Source: a virus
Lineage: Duplodnaviria > Caudoviricetes
Reading direction: 5' to 3' (one strand)
IMG/VR virus record: IMGVR_UViG_3300032331_000537
Span: 1 to 24,090 of that record
DNA length: 24,090 bases
The notes under the pieces were generated by a model that saw only the letters and a list, made by a program, of their open reading frames with translations, did no database searches and was not told the origin of the DNA. Both the position numbers and the translations under genes were made by a program. Positions 7,043-14,691 of this stretch are shown piece after piece (position 1 is the stretch's first letter; every line of letters starts with the position of its first letter).

Positions 7043-8365
7043 TTACGCGTTGATTGTTGTTGGCTTACTAAGATTTGTACTAGCAACTTTACCTAGTCGC
7101 TGATACAAGTCGGGATAGAGTCCATTGTTAGACTCTACATAATCGGAGAACCATTCCCACGATAGTGCGCCTAGTTTAACATCATCTAGGCGTAACTCTC
7201 TAGTGTATTCCACCATAGAGTGAGCAAGGTCTAGTGCGGATAGAACCCCACTAGGTTTCATTGTACCCCTAAAGAACCTGAGTTCGATAGTCGTACGATT
7301 TTGTGTATTGACCGCAGACATACGCTCACTAGAGTATCGTCTAGGGTCACCGACCTTATGCTTTAACGAGAACACAGGCTTGTCGTACTCGTTGAAAGTA
7401 TAGACATCATTGAACCTAGCATAGTCGGACTTACGACCAGCGAACTTCATCATCATCTCGGCATTGTGATATACGAGTGAGATAAATCGGTGTAAGTGTG
7501 CGCCACTACTAAAGCCAGCGCGACTTATGTGTATGTGTAATCCGCAAGTCGTAGTATCCCACGACCTTGCTTCATAATCTGTACGCAATTTATCTATGGT
7601 ATCCCACAATAGTTGTGAGTTATCACGATACTGCGTATGCGTATGCGGTTGAGTAACTATCTCGAACCCTGCGTATCCGTCACGACTTATACTAGAGTCG
7701 TGCTTTAGGATAGCAATATCTTTGAGTGCGTTACTTGCGTATTCACTTGCGCCGTCTAGCCCACCATTATTACTTGACCTTATCTGAGTTTCTAACTCAA
7801 AGCCAAAGAACAAATTGTGCTTAGACTCACCCTTGAATTGGAGTTCGGGCTTACAACTATACGAGTGTACGAAGCCACGATTACCGCAACAACTTAAACG
7901 ATTACTGCTATTGCCATTGGCATTACAATCGCAAGGGTCATCATCATAGAACGACTCTTCGCAATCACTACAATAATACGCTGATTGGTCGAAGCAACTT
8001 TCGCATAGACTATCATCACGAACATAGTGATTATCGTAGTTGTTATCGTATGACTCTTCGCAACCATTACAATAGAACGAGTGATTTTCGGCGCAATTTT
8101 CGCACCATACATCACCGCCTACACTTCTGTATTCATCACGAAGTTCGCCGTCATTACAACGCTCACACACCACAGCACACTCATTACAATATAGTGAGCC
8201 GTGACTCTCTGAATAGATAGAGCGTTCTTTGTACCCAAGCGTTGAGCAAGAGTCGCAGTAGTAAGAACAATCGCAACATACTACATTGTTATCTAACAAT
8301 CTAGTATCATCTAAATCGAAGTCACCATTACATTGAGAACACACAACCTTAACATCATCTTCCAT
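7043..8365 (-). CDS. Putative amidoligase (carboxylate-amine ligase, GS/GCS fold) with N-terminal CxxC repeats
   Basis: FGFELE, KHDSSI, GFEIVTQP, TCGLHIH, R-x-x-AVN and TIELRFFRGT motifs; nine CxxC motifs in the N-terminal ~140 aa. Confidence 0.88.
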   Translation of the reverse strand: MEDDVKVVCSQCNGDFDLDDTRLLDNNVVCCDCSYYCDSCSTLGYKERSIYSESHGSLYCNECAVVCERCNDGELRDEYRSVGGDVWCENCAENHSFYCNGCEESYDNNYDNHYVRDDSLCESCFDQSAYYCSDCEESFYDDDPCDCNANGNSSNRLSCCGNRGFVHSYSCKPELQFKGESKHNLFFGFELETQIRSSNNGGLDGASEYASNALKDIAILKHDSSISRDGYAGFEIVTQPHTHTQYRDNSQLLWDTIDKLRTDYEARSWDTTTCGLHIHISRAGFSSGAHLHRFISLVYHNAEMMMKFAGRKSDYARFNDVYTFNEYDKPVFSLKHKVGDPRRYSSERMSAVNTQNRTTIELRFFRGTMKPSGVLSALDLAHSMVEYTRELRLDDVKLGALSWEWFSDYVESNNGLYPDLYQRLGKVASTNLSKPTTINA

Positions 8366-8404
8366 TATCCACCCCCCTTCTATGAAGTAGTAGGAATTGT
8401 AACA

Positions 8405-8596
8405 TTATAGGCTAACCTTATGATTAAGGTTAGCGTGGTCAATCATAGCGTCTGAAATCTTATTACGCAAATCTTGAACCGATATTTCAAGGGTTACAAA
8501 GTTACTGCGTTTATGTCTATCTTGTTCTGTCCGAAGTGCTGACCGAATTATTGTAACCTCACTAGGAGTAAGGTCGAGTAGCAAATTATCGGACAT
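8405..8596 (-). CDS. Hypothetical helical protein (63 aa)
   Basis: Start overlaps the end of the upstream small gene; fits the operon. Confidence 0.7.
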   Translation of the reverse strand: MSDNLLLDLTPSEVTIIRSALRTEQDRHKRSNFVTLEISVQDLRNKISDAMIDHANLNHKVSL

Positions 8597-8720
8597 AGCC
8601 CGATAACTTACTGAGTCGTCGTTCTAGTACATAGATACGCCGAAAGGCGACCACCAGTACCAGATTAAGCGAAGCAAGGGCGATAATTAAAGCAAACAAA
8701 TCGCCGTTGGATAGGTTCAT
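8586..8720 (-). CDS. Small single-pass membrane protein (44 aa), not in ORF track
   Basis: GAAGGG RBS; MNLSNGDLFALIIALASLNLVLVVAFRRIYVLERRLSKLSGYVR has one TM helix followed by a basic tail. Confidence 0.75.
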   Translation of the reverse strand: MNLSNGDLFALIIALASLNLVLVVAFRRIYVLERRLSKLSGYVR

Positions 8721-8811
8721 CTCGTTACCCTTCTACGATACGCACCGAGTTGTGCGAGTGCCTTACTAGGTCGTGAACCTGCGCCGTCGTTATGGGGTAA
8801 GGCGTGGCGTG

Positions 8812-9099
8812 TTACTTGTCCGAGAGATGAATAGTTCCAATCTCGCGCATAAGTGCTTCACGCCGTTCTTGAAGTTGAATTGCTAGGTTGTCCTGCTCGC
8901 TTACCTTGTGGGTAAGTGGCGTGACCTTTCGGGTTGAACGCTTAGCCTTTGCGCGTTTAACGCGCTTTGACTTTGCTTGTTCAATAACAATCACTTCACC
9001 ATTGGGCTTGGTAATTGTTACTGGTTGTATCGGGTGCTTCGATTGTTTCCACGCTACCGAAGCGCGTGGTTTGTGTCGTACCACTTGGATACTTGCCAT
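8812..9099 (-). CDS. Basic (K/R-rich) hypothetical protein, first gene of the leftward operon (95 aa)
   Basis: GAAAGGA RBS before ATG 9099 (MASIQVV); contains KSKRVKRAKAKRSTRK. Confidence 0.7.
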   Translation of the reverse strand: MASIQVVRHKPRASVAWKQSKHPIQPVTITKPNGEVIVIEQAKSKRVKRAKAKRSTRKVTPLTHKVSEQDNLAIQLQERREALMREIGTIHLSDK

Positions 9100-9411
9100 T
9101 TGTCTATCCTTTCGGTTGGTTGAACTTGTGAACGGATAAGGCGTTACCCCTATCCGTCCGAAAGGAACACTTGCCACGCTTACAAGGCGGTGACTCGCGT
9201 TCCTTTGGTTGTTGTGAATTATCGAAAGGCGAAAGGTTGGGGTTCTATCTATCCGCTACTAATCCGCGCTATCGCGAAAGGTTCACAAGAGAAGCAAGAG
9301 AGAACTCTTAAATTTCTAGGGTAACAATCTGCCGAAAGAGAGAAAGCAACAAGTCAATCGGATAGCCGATAACTCGCACAATCTTTCGGGGTTCTTTCAA
9401 CCCACAAGCCA

Positions 9412-9420
9412 AACTTACCA
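9412..9420 (-). promoter_or_regulatory. Candidate extended -10 element (TGGTAAGTT)
   Basis: Fits TGn-TANNNT and points toward the leftward operon; identical copy at 9691-9699. No well-spaced -35 element. Confidence 0.4.
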
Positions 9421-9490
9421 CACAAAGGGAGAACAAGGCGCAAGAGTGAAATGCCAGGTGGTAGATTTGTGGTGATTTGTCCGATTTGTG

Positions 9491-9510
9491 AGTGTGAGAT
9501 AGGTCACACT
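9491..9510. promoter_or_regulatory. CRP/GlxR-type binding site
   Basis: agTGTGA-gatagg-TCACAct is a perfect TGTGA-N6-TCACA site with extended symmetry. Confidence 0.65.
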
Positions 9511-9632
9511 TGCGTAGGGCTAAAGCGTACAAAGTAGGGCAAAGTGGGTCGAAGCGGGCAAGGTGGACATATGTGTAGAAGATAGGGCAAGTCGGGCAAG
9601 TCCGACATCTTGGGAGAATACGGACATTGAGA

Positions 9633-9650
9633 TAGTTGAAGTTTCAACTA
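9633..9650. promoter_or_regulatory. 18-bp palindromic operator
   Basis: TAGTTGAA-gt-TTCAACTA, with perfect 8-bp arms. Confidence 0.6.
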
Positions 9651-9690
9651 CTTCGGGGATTGTCGCGCTTATACCATAGGTTAGGGCTAC

Positions 9691-9699
9691 AACTTACCA
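9691..9699 (-). promoter_or_regulatory. Second candidate extended -10 element (TGGTAAGTT)
   Basis: Exact repeat of 9412-9420 in the same orientation. Confidence 0.4.
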
Positions 9700-9706
9700 T
9701 TTAGAG

Positions 9707-9722
9707 TGTGGCGTTCATCACA
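9707..9722. promoter_or_regulatory. Second CRP/GlxR-type site
   Basis: TGTGG-cgttca-TCACA matches 9 of 10 consensus positions. Confidence 0.5.
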
Positions 9723-9982
9723 CAAACAAGTGTTCGATAGCCCCCTTTGGTCAGGTCGGGTGGATAGTCCACAAGTAGATAAATCGACAATTCATTTACA
9801 ACTTTAACTATCTAGTAAAGGTTTAGGGTTGAAGCCCCAATGGGCTTTGTCGATAAGTCGATAATTCATAACAAGGTCATAATGTGTAGATATATCTCTT
9901 TATCGACATTTGCCCGTAGGGTTGTTTAATGTAGTCGTCGTCTATATACTATGACTCCCACAATAATTTTCTGTTATATTCC

Positions 9983-10002
9983 GGCCTGTGACCAGGCCTT
10001 TT
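9983..10002 (+). terminator. Candidate intrinsic terminator
   Basis: GGCCTG-tgac-CAGGCC followed by TTTT. Confidence 0.45.
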
Positions 10003-10074
10003 AATATATAGCCCCCCATATATATAAATATATATTCACAATGTGTTCGTTTTTAGTGTTTGAACAGGTTATCT

Positions 10075-10128
10075 TATATGTAATGTATTACATATACGGA
10101 GTCGCTCCGTTTAAGACTCCGCGACTCC
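10075..10128. repeat. Two adjacent inverted repeats within an AT-rich tract upstream of the terminase
   Basis: TATATGTAAT-gt-ATTACATATA (10075-10096) and GGAGTCGC-N15-GCGACTCC (10098-10128). Confidence 0.7.
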
Positions 10129-10215
10129 TATATAATATTATATATAATATATATAATGGGAGAGTTATATCGTTTAATAGGGACCGTTAATAGACTGATA
10201 TTTAGGGGATAACTG

Positions 10216-12084
10216 ATGGGCAGAAAACCAGGTGTTCAGGCCATCCCTAAACGGGAGGCCCAGGAGAAAGTCCTGATTCAGTTAGAGCAAGGTGCGACGA
10301 TCACCTCGGCTATGCAGTCCGTAGGTCGCTCAGATGTAGCCTATCGCCAATGGTGTATGGCAGATCCTGACTTCAAGGAACGCGCCGAGAAGGCCCGCCT
10401 CGAGGGTAAGGGCATCAAGGCTGACCTGAAGGAACTTAAAGATATTCCGTTCCCTGAGTTCTCCGAGCAGTTCTTGGATACTACGCTCTTTGAACATCAC
10501 CTTGACTGGTACGATCTGATAGAGGGCCGCGAGCCCCGCTGGATCCACCCAAGTATGACATACGAGCAAGGTGCACTTAACCGTGTCTTGATTAACGTAC
10601 CGCCCGAGCACGCCAAGTCTACGGTTATTACGACAAACTACGTCGTCTATAAAATTGTTACGAACCCTAACGCCCGAGTCATTATTGTTTCCAAGACTCA
10701 AGGTATGGCTCGTAAGTTCCTCGGTGCGATTAAGACTCGTCTTAGCCACCCAGCTTACACAAAACTCCAAGTGGCCTTCGGCCCTAACGGAGGATACAAG
10801 GCAGATGCAACCCAATGGTCTGCTGATATGATTTACCTAGGTACTGGCCGCGACTCTGGCGAAAAGGATCCTACGGTGCAAGCATTAGGATTCGGGTCAC
10901 AGATTTACGGCGCCCGCGCCGATCTGATTATCCTAGACGATGTTGTGATGAACTCAAATGCCCACGAATGGGAGAAGCAAATTGAATGGCTTCAAAAAGA
11001 AGTTATCACACGTCTGGGACGGCACGGAAAATTACTTGTAGTAGGAACCCGTGTCGCTCCCATTGACCTTTATAAAATGATTCGCAGTGGCGATCAATGG
11101 TCTGGTGGCAAGAGTCCGTTTACTTACTTTGCTCAACCTGCAGTTCTAGAGTTTGATGAGAACCCTAGCAACTGGAAGACCTTATGGCCTGCAAGCAATC
11201 AACAAGAAAATCAGATTGATGAGGCTGGGGAAGATGGACTTTATCCAAAATGGGATGGACCCTCTCTCTTTACGCGCCGCTCTGAAGTTGCATCATCTGT
11301 CTGGGCTATGGTCTACCAACAAGAAGACATCCAAGAAAACTCTATCTTTTCGCCAACAGCAGTTGCAGGATGTGTTAACGGTATGCGAAAGCGCGGACCG
11401 CTTAAACCAGGTGCTCCAGGGCACCCGACGCACGTAGAAGGTTCTTACACAGTTATTGGTTTTGACCCTGCTGTATCTGGCAGGTCTGCATTCGTAGCCG
11501 TTACTTACAACAGGTCTGACGGTAAGATCTATGTTCTTGACTGCGTCAATATGTCAGAGCCTAGCCCTCAGAAAGAACGCGCTCTCATTGAAGAGTGGGT
11601 TGATCGATATCGACCACAAGAGTTCCGCGTTGAAATCAACGCACACCAGAAGGCGTACCAGATGGATACCGACCTTCGCAACTTCTTGGCATCCTACGGA
11701 TGTCAGATGAATCCACACTTTACTGGTAAGAACAAGTGGGACGTAGGATTTGGTGTAGCATCTATGTCGCCACTCTTTGGTAGCATAAGAGATACACGCT
11801 TTCAGGACAACAACATTATTCAGATACCAAGCAATGAGGGATCAGAAGGATTAAAGTCTCTGGTCCAGCAACTTATTACTTGGAAGCCTGACACAAAAAA
11901 CCCAACTGACTGTGTAATGGCACTATGGTTTGCTATCATTCGTGTACGTGAACTTATGCAGCAATCAAGCAAGGTTGGGCAATACCAGCAAAATCGCTGG
12001 GCTACTCGTGCTCAAAGAGCGCAACGTGGATCACTTAATTTAGACGATGCCTTTGCAGAGCAATGGGTTGAAAACTACGGATAG
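10216..12084 (+). CDS. terL: Terminase large subunit with N-terminal HTH-like extension
   Basis: Walker A variant VPPEHAKST, G-x-RADLIILDD (Walker B), VGTR coupling motif, YQQ and nuclease motifs IGFDPA and DCVMAL; AGGGG RBS. Confidence 0.93.
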   Translation: MGRKPGVQAIPKREAQEKVLIQLEQGATITSAMQSVGRSDVAYRQWCMADPDFKERAEKARLEGKGIKADLKELKDIPFPEFSEQFLDTTLFEHHLDWYDLIEGREPRWIHPSMTYEQGALNRVLINVPPEHAKSTVITTNYVVYKIVTNPNARVIIVSKTQGMARKFLGAIKTRLSHPAYTKLQVAFGPNGGYKADATQWSADMIYLGTGRDSGEKDPTVQALGFGSQIYGARADLIILDDVVMNSNAHEWEKQIEWLQKEVITRLGRHGKLLVVGTRVAPIDLYKMIRSGDQWSGGKSPFTYFAQPAVLEFDENPSNWKTLWPASNQQENQIDEAGEDGLYPKWDGPSLFTRRSEVASSVWAMVYQQEDIQENSIFSPTAVAGCVNGMRKRGPLKPGAPGHPTHVEGSYTVIGFDPAVSGRSAFVAVTYNRSDGKIYVLDCVNMSEPSPQKERALIEEWVDRYRPQEFRVEINAHQKAYQMDTDLRNFLASYGCQMNPHFTGKNKWDVGFGVASMSPLFGSIRDTRFQDNNIIQIPSNEGSEGLKSLVQQLITWKPDTKNPTDCVMALWFAIIRVRELMQQSSKVGQYQQNRWATRAQRAQRGSLNLDDAFAEQWVENYG

Positions 12085-12091
12085 GATTTAA

Positions 12092-12337
12092 ATGTCTGCA
12101 GCAAATAGAATCGAAGGCATTGGTGGTGGAAGCCCTCGTGGCGTCGGTGGAATTACTGGTGGCGGGGCAAAAAATGTCAATCCAGTTAACAAGCAAATAA
12201 GCACACGTGCACAAAATATTATTGATGAACTTCGTAAGTCACAAGGTTGGAAAGCGCCCACCCCTGCTGAATCACAGGCAGTAAAGACTGCAGCGCAAAA
12301 AAATGCAGTTGAGCGAGCAAAAAAGGGAATGGGTTAA
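12092..12337 (+). CDS. Small Gly-rich basic hypothetical protein (81 aa)
   Basis: AGGA RBS; fills the gap between terminase and portal. Confidence 0.7.
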   Translation: MSAANRIEGIGGGSPRGVGGITGGGAKNVNPVNKQISTRAQNIIDELRKSQGWKAPTPAESQAVKTAAQKNAVERAKKGMG

Positions 12338-12338
12338 T

Positions 12339-14126
12339 ATGGCATTAACAATGGAACAGGTAGCGGCACGAGTTCTCTCGATGCGTTATCGCAACAATGA
12401 GCGCGATGCACGCAACCTCGACGTACTTGCTGTCCGTAAAGGAAAGATTGCTGAAGTTTATCCTGACTTTTTCCCAGACGGTGTTGATGCAAACGTAGTA
12501 GCGAACTTTATTGATATCGTAGCACGTGACCTATCTGAGGTTATGGCGCCACTTCCTGCCGTTAACTGCTCTGCAGCAAACCAAGTAAGTGACCGTGCTA
12601 GAGGTTTTGCTGACAAGCGCACACGTATTGCATCTAACTACTTCCAGAATTCAGACCTTGGAGTACAGATGTACTCAGGCGCTGACTGGTATCTAACATA
12701 TGGTTTCGTTCCATTCATCATTGAATTAGACGATGAAGCAAAGCTTCCACGTATCCGCATAGAAAATCCTATTGGTGCGTATCCAGAGTTTGACCGCTAT
12801 GGCCGATGCATTGCATATGCTAAGCGATATACATTAACACTTGGCGAATTGGTATCTCAGTTCCCTGAGTATGAGCGTGAACTTCTTGGTGGCTATGGCT
12901 ACAAGCAAGATTTAAATGCTCAGATTGAAATGATCCGTTACTACGATAAAGATCAATCATTAATCTATATCCCAACAAAAAACAATTTAATTTTATCAAA
13001 GGCTAACAACCCACTAGGCAAGATGATGGTTGTTGTTGCTCGCAAGCCGTCTATTGATGGCGAACTACGCGGACAGTTTGATGATGTACTTGGCATTCAA
13101 CTGCTTCGCAATCGTTTTGCTTTGCTTGCTATGGAGGCTGCAGAGAAATCTGTACAGGCTCCTATTGTTCTACCACAAGATGTACAAGAACTACAGTTGG
13201 GTGGAGATGCGGTTATTCGCACAGCCAATCCAGCTGGTGTACGTCGTGTAGAACTATCAATACCGCAAGGCGCATTCACAGAACAGAATGTTCTTAACCA
13301 AGAATTACGTGTTGGATCACGTTATCCTGAAAGTCGTACTGGTAACATTGATGCTTCAATCGTTACTGGTCAAGGTGTACAGGCTCTTATGGGAGCCTTT
13401 GACACACAGGTCAAGTCAGCACAAGCAATCTTTGCTGCAGCACTTCGTGATGTAATTAGCCTTTGTTTTGAAATTGATGAGAAGTTCTTCTCTGAAGAAA
13501 AAACAATTCGTGGTGTTGACTCAGGATCACCATATGAAATTACATACAAGCCTACCAAGGACATCAAGGGTGACTACTCTGCTGATGTTCGCTATGGTAT
13601 GTTGGCTGGACTTAACCCAGCACAAGGTCTTATTTTTATGCTACAGGCACTTGGTGGTGGACTCATCTCCAAGGATATGGCAATGCGTGAACTTCCATTT
13701 ACGGTTAACGTAACACAAGAACTAGAAAAGATTGAAATCGAGCAAATGCGTACAGCATTACTCGGTTCACTTACAGCCTACACTCAAGCGATACCACAGA
13801 TGGCGACACAAGGCCAGGACGCATCCGATGTAGTTCGTAAGATTGCTTCGGTGATTAAGGCTCGACAAAAGGGACAAGCGTTGGAAGACGCTATCGAGGC
13901 TACCTTTGCACCGCAGCAACAAGTTCCTCCTGCTGGAGTTCCTTCTAATGCGGTTGAGCAACCGTCCCCTGTTCCCGCTGGCGTTCCAGCAGGAGGCGCT
14001 TCCCCACAAGGAGAAGTTCAAATGCCTCCAGCACAAGAATCAGCACCAGATATTCAAAGCCTTCTCTCTAGCCTAACAGCTGGCGGAGAAGCAAATGCAA
14101 GTGTTCGTACTATTCGACGCAGATAA
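12339..14126 (+). CDS. Portal protein
   Basis: About 595 aa, located after terL, with a helical core and a P/Q/A-rich tail typical of podovirus portals. Called mainly from size and synteny. Confidence 0.8.
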   Translation: MALTMEQVAARVLSMRYRNNERDARNLDVLAVRKGKIAEVYPDFFPDGVDANVVANFIDIVARDLSEVMAPLPAVNCSAANQVSDRARGFADKRTRIASNYFQNSDLGVQMYSGADWYLTYGFVPFIIELDDEAKLPRIRIENPIGAYPEFDRYGRCIAYAKRYTLTLGELVSQFPEYERELLGGYGYKQDLNAQIEMIRYYDKDQSLIYIPTKNNLILSKANNPLGKMMVVVARKPSIDGELRGQFDDVLGIQLLRNRFALLAMEAAEKSVQAPIVLPQDVQELQLGGDAVIRTANPAGVRRVELSIPQGAFTEQNVLNQELRVGSRYPESRTGNIDASIVTGQGVQALMGAFDTQVKSAQAIFAAALRDVISLCFEIDEKFFSEEKTIRGVDSGSPYEITYKPTKDIKGDYSADVRYGMLAGLNPAQGLIFMLQALGGGLISKDMAMRELPFTVNVTQELEKIEIEQMRTALLGSLTAYTQAIPQMATQGQDASDVVRKIASVIKARQKGQALEDAIEATFAPQQQVPPAGVPSNAVEQPSPVPAGVPAGGASPQGEVQMPPAQESAPDIQSLLSSLTAGGEANASVRTIRRR

Positions 14127-14140
14127 TTAAGTAGGGGACA

Positions 14141-14683
14141 ATGACAACAATTATTGGATTAGAGTATAAAGATAGCGCCATAATTGTTGCAGATAGCCAG
14201 ACTACTGATGACAGTGGTAGAATTTATTCACATCCAGATGTAAAGAAGATTGCCGAAAGAGGCGCATTCTTGATTGCTGGATCTGGTGAAGTATTACCTT
14301 GTGACGTAGCACAGCATATATGGGAACCACCAGTTCCTACTAAAGCTGATTATAAAGATTTATATCATTTTATGATTGCAAAGGCTATGCCATCTCTACG
14401 AAAATGTCTGTCAGAGAATGGTTATAATTTTGATGAAGATAATAAAGAAATGCGCTTTCAGTTTATTATAGCTGTAGGCGGAGAAATATTTGATGTAGAC
14501 CAAGAGTGTTCAGTATCTAAATCTGACACAAATGTCTACGCAGCAGGATCAGGTGCATCATACGCACTAGGTGCATTACACGCTGGAGCAGATGCTTATC
14601 AAGCAATGGAAATTGCAAGTAAGTTAACAGCATTTACTGCTCCACCGTATACATCTAAAGTACAACCTAAACATATTAAGTAG
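14141..14683 (+). CDS. Proteasome-beta/HslV-like Ntn (threonine) hydrolase
   Basis: M-TTIIG start gives Thr1 after Met removal; ADSQ (Asp17), KKI (Lys33 equivalent), AGSG and a second AAGSG-x-x-YALGAL motif. Confidence 0.85.
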   Translation: MTTIIGLEYKDSAIIVADSQTTDDSGRIYSHPDVKKIAERGAFLIAGSGEVLPCDVAQHIWEPPVPTKADYKDLYHFMIAKAMPSLRKCLSENGYNFDEDNKEMRFQFIIAVGGEIFDVDQECSVSKSDTNVYAAGSGASYALGALHAGADAYQAMEIASKLTAFTAPPYTSKVQPKHIK

Positions 14684-14691
14684 GAGGAAAC

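Noticed and set aside
8759-8803. Full tRNA gene
   Set aside because: Only about 45 nt long, with no anticodon arm or proper D arm; kept only as a tRNA-like finding.
9308-9532. 74-aa minus-strand ORF
   Set aside because: TTG start with no RBS, and it overlaps dense regulatory motifs.
9464-9628. CRISPR array
   Set aside because: Repeats are 6-9 nt and degenerate, with no spacer structure and no cas genes.
9755-9775. DnaA boxes
   Set aside because: Best matches have two mismatches to TTRTCCACA and do not form a convincing cluster.
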